Both the position numbers and the translations under genes were made by a program. A stretch of 59,493 nt of DNA. Origin: Candidatus Omnitrophota bacterium. Lineage in GTDB: Bacteria; Omnitrophota; Gorgyraeia; Duberdicusellales; 4484-171. The notes below the pieces were generated by a model that was not told the DNA's origin, did not search any database, and saw only the letters and a program-made list of their open reading frames with translations. The DNA is taken from the NCBI GenBank assembly GCA_043815185.1, contig JBDRJF010000023.1, positions 1-59,493 on the forward strand, given 5' to 3'. Below, piece after piece: positions 53,463 through 59,493 of the stretch. Each line of letters begins with the position of its first letter. Position 1 is the stretch's first letter.

Positions 53463-54398
53463 TTATTTCTGTTCTGTATATAAATAGCAATAGACAAAGT
53501 GTCCCGGCTCAACCTCTTGCTTCCCGCACTCTTGTTCACATTCAGGCTTCTTAAATGAACAACGCGACAAAAAGGAACAGCCTCGGAAATACTCAATCTC
53601 CTCTTTTAAATATATCAGCCGCTGCTGGGAAGCCTCTTTTAATAATTTAGTATAAGGATGAAGCGGGTTATCATAAATTAAATCCCGGGGGCCGTATTCC
53701 ATAATCTTACCCCGGTACATAATAAAACAATAATGGGATATCTTCTTTAATAATTTAAGGTTATGAGAGATAAACAAAAAAGTTACCCCCAACTCCTGCT
53801 GCAACTTAACTAATAATTGCATAATTTTAGAGGCGGTAGTAACATCTAAGCTGGATGTCGGCTCATCAAGAATTACTAATGGCGGCCGGTTGATCAGGCT
53901 TCGGGCAATGCATACCCGCTGAACCTGTCCGCCGCTTAATTGATCCGGCACCCGCTCCATTACGTCTTCTTCTAACTCAACCTCGGCTAAAGCTTGCTTT
54001 ATCAGCTCCCGGCTCTCAGATTTTTTTATTTTTTTACTTGTCCCGCCTTTAGCCGGGAAAACCGCTGCGGCTTCATCCAAAGAATAAAATACGCTATAGC
54101 GGGGGTCAAGGCTGGAGAAGGGATTTTGAAAGACGATTTGGATATTTTTTCTTATCAGCGGTAAATTATTCTTTAAAACTATATTCCTGCCTTGAAAGTA
54201 GATTTCCCCTGCTTGAGGCCGGTAAAAACCCAAAATCGTCCTGGCCAAAGTAGTTTTACCGCACCCGCTTTCACCGGCCAAAGAGGTTACTAAGCCTTTT
54301 TGTAAAAAGATATCAACACCGTCTAAGGCTTTGGTAACCCGGCCTTTCTGCTGAAAATGCAGCTTTAAATTACTGGTCTTTAATAAACTCTCCTGCAT
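53463..54398 (-). CDS. Opp/Dpp-type ABC ATPase (OppF-like)
   Basis: Walker A GESGCGKTT, signature LSGGQVQR and a C-terminal Cys-rich oligopeptide-type extension. Confidence 0.85.
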   Translation of the reverse strand: MQESLLKTSNLKLHFQQKGRVTKALDGVDIFLQKGLVTSLAGESGCGKTTLARTILGFYRPQAGEIYFQGRNIVLKNNLPLIRKNIQIVFQNPFSSLDPRYSVFYSLDEAAAVFPAKGGTSKKIKKSESRELIKQALAEVELEEDVMERVPDQLSGGQVQRVCIARSLINRPPLVILDEPTSSLDVTTASKIMQLLVKLQQELGVTFLFISHNLKLLKKISHYCFIMYRGKIMEYGPRDLIYDNPLHPYTKLLKEASQQRLIYLKEEIEYFRGCSFLSRCSFKKPECEQECGKQEVEPGHFVYCYLYTEQK

Positions 54399-54400
54399 CT

Positions 54401-55186
54401 TTACTCTTCTAAATCCTTAAAAGAAGTTAATAAGCGCTTAGTATAATCATCCTCGGGATTATTGAATAGCGCTTCTCGTCCCTTAATCTCTCTTACCTCG
54501 CCCTGGTAAAGCACAACTACCCGGTCGCATAAGGCTCTCACCAGGTCAAGATTGTGAGTAATAAAAATTATAGTTAACTTAAGTTTATCTCTTAACTCTT
54601 TAAATAAGTGGACAATCTGGCTTTCAATAGTTACGTCTAAAGAACTTGTCGGCTCATCAGCAATTAAAACTGCTGGCTTATAAGCAACTGCCATAGCTAT
54701 TGCCACTCGCTGCAATTGTCCTCCGCTTAATTGGTGAGGATAGCTGTTTAATATTCTCTCCGGTTCTCTCACCCGGGCCTGATCCAAAGAATCAAAGATA
54801 ATCTTTTCTCTTACTGCTTTAAACTTAACACTCAACTTATTTTTAAGAATCTCGTTAAATTGATAATTTATGCTTAATACCGGATTAAAACTGCTGGCTG
54901 GCTCTTGGAAAATTAGCCCGATTTTATTCCCTCTTAATGCTTCTGATTCCCGCTCCTCGAGCTTAAAGATATTCCGGCCTTGAAAAATTATCTCCCCCTG
55001 GCTCTTAACATTGGGGGGCAGAAGATTGAGGATTGAAAGAGCAAGGGTGCTTTTGCCGCTGCCGGACTCACCGACTATAGCTAAGATTTCACCCTGATTA
55101 ACCCCCCAGCTAACTTCCTTTAAGGCATTAACATATCTAGTTTTAGCCTGATAAGATACACTTAGATTCTTTGCTTCTAAAATCAT
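54401..55186 (-). CDS. Opp/Dpp-type ABC ATPase (OppD-like)
   Basis: Walker A GESGSGKST, signature LSGGQLQR. ATG 55186 overlaps the permease stop as ATGA, so the 52-codon N-terminal extension in the track was rejected. Confidence 0.85.
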   Translation of the reverse strand: MILEAKNLSVSYQAKTRYVNALKEVSWGVNQGEILAIVGESGSGKSTLALSILNLLPPNVKSQGEIIFQGRNIFKLEERESEALRGNKIGLIFQEPASSFNPVLSINYQFNEILKNKLSVKFKAVREKIIFDSLDQARVREPERILNSYPHQLSGGQLQRVAIAMAVAYKPAVLIADEPTSSLDVTIESQIVHLFKELRDKLKLTIIFITHNLDLVRALCDRVVVLYQGEVREIKGREALFNNPEDDYTKRLLTSFKDLEE

Positions 55187-56238
55187 AATATCCTTCGCTT
55201 GGGATCTAAAATGTCGCGTAGAGTATCCCCCAGTAGGTTGAAACAAACAACCGTAACGATAATAAAGGCACCGGGAATTAAAATCCAGGGAAAAAGACGA
55301 ATATTTACTATACCCATGGCTGAACTTAGTAGATTTCCCCAACTTGCCTCAGGTTCCTGGATACCTAAACCAATAAGGCTTAAACCAGCCTCGCCTAAAA
55401 TGTAAGCCGGTATGCGTAAGACTACAGCAACCAAGGCATAAGATAAGGTATGAGGAAGGATATGGCGAATAATTATCTTAAAATGTTTAAGACCGATTGC
55501 TTTAGCGGCATAGATAAATTCATTCTCACGTAAAGACATAGCCATACCCCGGATAATCCGGGCAGTAGCCGCCCAGCCAATAAATGAAAGAATTACTATA
55601 ATCAAAAGATAGACCTGACCCGAACTTAAATTAGGAGGAAATGAAGCCCTGAGTGCCAGCATAAGATAAAAAGCAGGAATCATCATCATCATCTCACAGA
55701 TTCGCATTAAAAAATTATCTACCCTGCCTCCGAAGTATCCTGATATACCTCCCACGATTAAACCAATAAATAGCGATATCGCAGCACCGATCAATCCTAT
55801 CGAAAGAGAAATTCTCCCTCCGTAGAGAATCCGGGTAAAAAGATCTCTTCCCTTTAAGTCTGCTCCCAGAAGATAAATCTTGCCTTCGCCTACACCGAAT
55901 AAATGCCGATCAGTCTCCCCGAGTCCTAAAAACTTATACTTAAACCCCTTAGTAAAGAACTTAATTGGGTAAATCTTACCCTTATCTTCCTGATAAATTC
56001 TCTGATAGTACTCATTAATTTCATAGGTCTGCCCGTAAATGAAGGGTCCAAATTGTTTCTTTTCAAGGTTTAGGAAATGTATCTTTGTAGGCGGCGCATA
56101 AGAGTGCAGGACATCATCGTCATCGTAAGGATAAGGAGCGAAAAAAGGAGCAAAGATTACCGAGAAGTACAGAAAACCTAAGACTAATAAAGCTATTCTC
56201 CCCGGTCTATTATTTATAATCTGCTTTAAAATACCCAT
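55183..56238 (-). CDS. Opp/Dpp-type ABC permease (OppC-like)
   Basis: BPD_transp_1 family topology with an EAA-like loop (AAKAIGLKHFKII). Confidence 0.85.
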   Translation of the reverse strand: MGILKQIINNRPGRIALLVLGFLYFSVIFAPFFAPYPYDDDDVLHSYAPPTKIHFLNLEKKQFGPFIYGQTYEINEYYQRIYQEDKGKIYPIKFFTKGFKYKFLGLGETDRHLFGVGEGKIYLLGADLKGRDLFTRILYGGRISLSIGLIGAAISLFIGLIVGGISGYFGGRVDNFLMRICEMMMMIPAFYLMLALRASFPPNLSSGQVYLLIIVILSFIGWAATARIIRGMAMSLRENEFIYAAKAIGLKHFKIIIRHILPHTLSYALVAVVLRIPAYILGEAGLSLIGLGIQEPEASWGNLLSSAMGIVNIRLFPWILIPGAFIIVTVVCFNLLGDTLRDILDPKRRIL

Positions 56239-56241
56239 AGC

Positions 56242-57213
56242 TTATTCTTTATCATATCTTATCCTGGGGTCAAAGTAAGCCAGGAGAATATCAGCGCCTA
56301 AATTACCTAAGATAAGTAAAGCTCCTCCGGCTAAAATCGAGCCCATAACTAAATATATATCCTGAGAACGCACTGCCTCTAAAGTTACCACCCCCAGGCC
56401 CGGCCAACCGACAATAATCTCAACTAAAGCTGCACCGCTAAGCAGAGCTGAAAATTGATAACCAAAAATAGTAATCATCGGGTTTATGGCATTTTTTAAG
56501 GCGTGGATATAAAGGATTCTTGATTTTTTAAGGCCTCTGGCTTTTGCCCCTAAAATATAAGGAGAACCTAAAGCCTCAAGCAAATTTGCCCGCATTATTC
56601 TCTGCAAAACGCAGATACTCCCTAAAGAAAGCACTAAGGTGGGAATAATCAGGTGTTTTCCGATATCGATAACCTTACCTAAAAAACTTAACTCCTCAAA
56701 CCTTATCGAACGCATTCCGCCTAAAGGGAGCCAGCCGGTAAAAGTAGCCAGATAAAGCAGTAAAAAGGCTAAGAAGAATGAAGGAACAGATATTCCTAAG
56801 TAAGAGAAAAAAGATAAAAACCGGTCAGTAAATTTATTGCGGTTTAATGCCGCAATTACCCCTAAGGGAATAACAAAAATCCAAGTAAAAATAAGTGAGG
56901 AAAGAGATAATATAAAGGTATTTAAAAGTCGCGACGAGACAACATCAAAAACCTTGGCTTTAAAGGAAAAAGAATAGCCAAAGTCACCACGGAGGATGTT
57001 TTTTAGCCAGACCAGGTATTGAACCATCAGCGGCTTATCCAGATGGAACTTTTGCTCATACAATTCAATACTGGTTTGCGAAACTTGAGGATTTAACCTT
57101 AATGTGCCTAAGAAATCACCGGGGGCAATTTGAATAAAAAGAAAGGTAAGGAAAGTTATCCCTAAGAGTAAAGGTAACGAAAAGAATAATCGCTTCAAGA
57201 TAAAACGGCCCAT
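56242..57213 (-). CDS. Opp/Dpp-type ABC permease (OppB-like)
   Basis: Starts MGRFILKRL, has GAKARGLKKSRILY loop and ends DPRIRY. Confidence 0.85.
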   Translation of the reverse strand: MGRFILKRLFFSLPLLLGITFLTFLFIQIAPGDFLGTLRLNPQVSQTSIELYEQKFHLDKPLMVQYLVWLKNILRGDFGYSFSFKAKVFDVVSSRLLNTFILSLSSLIFTWIFVIPLGVIAALNRNKFTDRFLSFFSYLGISVPSFFLAFLLLYLATFTGWLPLGGMRSIRFEELSFLGKVIDIGKHLIIPTLVLSLGSICVLQRIMRANLLEALGSPYILGAKARGLKKSRILYIHALKNAINPMITIFGYQFSALLSGAALVEIIVGWPGLGVVTLEAVRSQDIYLVMGSILAGGALLILGNLGADILLAYFDPRIRYDKE

Positions 57214-57287
57214 AAATAATAAGTAGGGAACCCTACTACGTCATTGTGTAAGAATTTCATAGAAGCAGACTTCGTAGGGTGAAACGT

Positions 57288-57587
57288 TTACACAACCATT
57301 ACTAAAGGAAAGGATAACCGCTTGCTAAACTCAACTCCTGCCCGCCACTCCTCAGGAGTCTTGCTGCACCAGCGCACTATTCCTTCGACCGCTAAAGGTG
57401 TCTTGGTTTTAGTACAAAGATTCAGGCGTAAACGAGTTTCAACCGGTAAGTATTCAAGGCTGGCTACACCTACACCTCTGGCACTTAGGTCATAGCATTT
57501 TACGCCTAAAGATGCATTATTACTGTCTATGCATGAGGCTAAAACATTGCAAGGATATCTTTCGAATATTCTTCTTTCAATAACCAT
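57288..57587 (-). CDS. Small single-domain PilZ protein
   Basis: Has ERRIFER (RRxxxR) and DLSARG (DxSxxG). Confidence 0.7.
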   Translation of the reverse strand: MVIERRIFERYPCNVLASCIDSNNASLGVKCYDLSARGVGVASLEYLPVETRLRLNLCTKTKTPLAVEGIVRWCSKTPEEWRAGVEFSKRLSFPLVMVV

Positions 57588-57637
57588 TAAATACCACCTT
57601 TTTTATTTTAACACAGTTCATTTTTTTCTACCCCTGG

Positions 57638-58750
57638 TTAAGGGAAATTTAATTCATAAAAAACGCTTCGACCTTTGGGTTTATGCTGAATCAATATTTT
57701 CTTTTTCACTAAATCAGTAATATCTCTATAGGCAGTAGCTCTACTCACTCTTGCCATTGCTACATACTTTCTTGTACTCAACCCTCCTGCAAAACCATCC
57801 GGTCCTGCCTCTAATAAACGATTAATTACCTTTTGTTGATTCTTATTTGAAATAGTTTGCGCATGTTTTTGCCAAAATTCTGCTTTTTTCAATACCTTAA
57901 ACATAGCAACTTCCGAATCTTCTATTGCACGTAAATAGCACTCAAGAAACCATAATAACCATTCCGTTATATCGAGAGTGCCTCTCTGGCTTTGTTCCAA
58001 AACATTATAATACGCTTTTCTTTCCATCATTATTCTGCCTGAAAGCGAGTAATATCTCTTCGGTAGATTTTCATCCTGAGTTAATGCCATATCCGTAAGT
58101 ACTCTGGCTATGCGGCCATTACCATCTTCAAAAGGGTGGATGGTCACGAAATAAAAATGGGCAATAGCGGCTCTCAATAATCCATCGACATTCTTTGATT
58201 CCTTCTTCCACCAATTTATAAATTTTCGCATTTCAGAAATGACTTTATCTCCTGACGGTGTCTCAAAATGAATTCTCTCACGCCCTATAGGGCCAGATAC
58301 TACCTGCATTTGCACTTTCCCACGCCATTCTCCAACCCGGATCTTTGTTAATCCTGAATAGCCGGTGGGAAATAATGCTGCCTGCCATATTTTTAGACGC
58401 TTTGTTGTTAACGGTTTCTGGTAATCCGTTGTCGCATCCAGTATTACATCGATTAATCCCTCCACATTTCTATCCGGCGCCTTTAATCCTGCTGTCGGCA
58501 ACCCCAATCTCCGGGCAACCGATGAACGTACTGCTTCTCGATCTAAACGCAGGCCTTCAATAGCAGCCGTTTTAACCGTTTCCTCGATTAATATCTCAGA
58601 CCTGGATTCTTGGCTGAGATCCAATCCCAAAGAACGAATCTTAGTCAATAGCTTACTCTGAAAAAGCCTTGCCTGGCTTAAGCTATTAATTAATCGCTTA
58701 CTCTGCCACTTAAAATTCGGCCATTCTTTTTGCTCCCAGATATAGAGCAT
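57638..58750 (-). CDS. Fic-family protein (AMPylase type) with C-terminal wHTH
   Basis: Fic motif HPFEDGNGRIAR and an N-terminal DUF4172-like MLYIWEQKEWPNFKW. Confidence 0.9.
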   Translation of the reverse strand: MLYIWEQKEWPNFKWQSKRLINSLSQARLFQSKLLTKIRSLGLDLSQESRSEILIEETVKTAAIEGLRLDREAVRSSVARRLGLPTAGLKAPDRNVEGLIDVILDATTDYQKPLTTKRLKIWQAALFPTGYSGLTKIRVGEWRGKVQMQVVSGPIGRERIHFETPSGDKVISEMRKFINWWKKESKNVDGLLRAAIAHFYFVTIHPFEDGNGRIARVLTDMALTQDENLPKRYYSLSGRIMMERKAYYNVLEQSQRGTLDITEWLLWFLECYLRAIEDSEVAMFKVLKKAEFWQKHAQTISNKNQQKVINRLLEAGPDGFAGGLSTRKYVAMARVSRATAYRDITDLVKKKILIQHKPKGRSVFYELNFP

Positions 58751-58761
58751 TTAATACCTCC

Positions 58762-58786
58762 AATCGCTTCATATTATGAAGCGATT
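58762..58786. promoter_or_regulatory. Perfect palindrome upstream of fic; candidate operator
   Basis: aatcgcttcata-t-tatgaagcgatt, 12 nt upstream of the fic start. A third half-site attcgcttcatt lies at 58796-58807. Confidence 0.5.
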
Positions 58787-59083
58787 ATGTCACATATTCG
58801 CTTCATTGGCAAGAAAAAAATTTAGCTATCCTGCCGCCAAATTCTCAACAATGCCCCATTCCTGTCTGTTCCTTTTTCTCTTCTCTCTTCCATCTTCCTC
58901 ACCTCATATCTTATACTGGCCGGCTGGCCTTAAGGAATGTATTTTTTAGAAGAAGGGCCAGGCAAGGAGCTCCCACCAGCCACGGAAAAGGTAAACTCCT
59001 TGTTAATTAGAACCTGGCCCAATATTTCTTTAATACCCTCTACTATTATTCTAACAAAAAAAATAATTTTACCTACTATCATT

Positions 59084-59476
59084 TTAATTTCTCTCAATTA
59101 TTTTAGAATTTTCTTGAGAATCGCTGTTAGAAGTGTTTCGCCACCAAATCTCTCCTCTTAATTTATCAGCAAAATTCCTTTCTATATAAGCCAGAATTCT
59201 TTCTCTGTTAGCATCTCTTATCCTGGTGAATAAAATACCGCAGAATGAATTACCTTCGATCTGGCTATTCCAAACCACCTCACCTAAAGCATTAATCTCC
59301 CCATAATCACCGGGTATATTTATCTGCAACTTAATTTCTTCTCCCACTAAAAGCGGATTTAAAGGGCTGAATTTAACTCCTCTTAAGCTTAAATCCGATA
59401 ATTGTGCTTCCTGAAACTGATCAGACTCAAGCAAACCATACCTTAAAGTCATATCCACCTTCCAGCGATATCCCAT
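59084..59476 (-). CDS. PilZ-like protein with degenerate N-terminal motif
   Basis: DLSLRG (DxSxxG) is present and the beta-barrel-like layout resembles the other PilZ genes. No clear RRxxxR (YRWKVD). Confidence 0.5.
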   Translation of the reverse strand: MGYRWKVDMTLRYGLLESDQFQEAQLSDLSLRGVKFSPLNPLLVGEEIKLQINIPGDYGEINALGEVVWNSQIEGNSFCGILFTRIRDANRERILAYIERNFADKLRGEIWWRNTSNSDSQENSKIIERN

Positions 59477-59493
59477 CCTGGTCTTCCTACTTG

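Overview
AT-rich bacterial chromosomal window, transcribed almost entirely from the minus strand. The host looks like a diderm because LptFG, LolCDE-type and MlaFED genes are present, yet it also carries a Firmicute-style McsA-McsB-ClpC module. Any assignment to an uncultivated lineage is inference only. There are four zones. (1) 1-6430 is a tightly packed operon behind a near-consensus sigma-54 promoter. It contains an unmistakable gvpA and a gvpN-type AAA+ gene. The remaining genes are not the canonical gvp set: a multi-TM protein, three paralogous coiled-coil repeat proteins (one with an exact 33-codon repeat), two stand-alone DnaJ-type CxxCxGxG zinc-finger proteins, an Hsp20/GvpH-like protein and an ArsA/Get3-like ATPase. 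This is my best candidate for an undescribed system, a non-canonical gas-vesicle-type organelle locus, but the operon runs off the left edge. (2) 6.6-17.8 kb is a regulatory island with an NtrC-type sigma-54 activator, a GYF-REC regulator, a PAS kinase, rpoN, a MEDS-GAF-PAS-LuxR regulator, an RsbW-like kinase, MerR, XRE-cupin and three single-domain PilZ genes. Two of those PilZ genes belong to a duplicated PilZ-plus-sensor module. (3) 17.8-18.8 kb holds a RayT (IS200-like Y1) transposase flanked by inverted REP-like repeats, with a further REP copy at 28.5 kb. Next to it is an apparently orphan GEMM-I (c-di-GMP-I) riboswitch-like RNA. (4) 19-52 kb is housekeeping: alr, tsaBE, thiL, mtnA, metG, holB, tmk, cysS, ispDF, radA, mla, clpC/mcsAB, ilvE, lol and lysS. 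This is followed at 52-59.5 kb by accessory genes: a HEPN/wHTH-MNT pair with tandem operator repeats, an Opp-type ABC transporter without a binding protein, Fic, and two more PilZ genes. No rRNA, tRNA or CRISPR array was seen.
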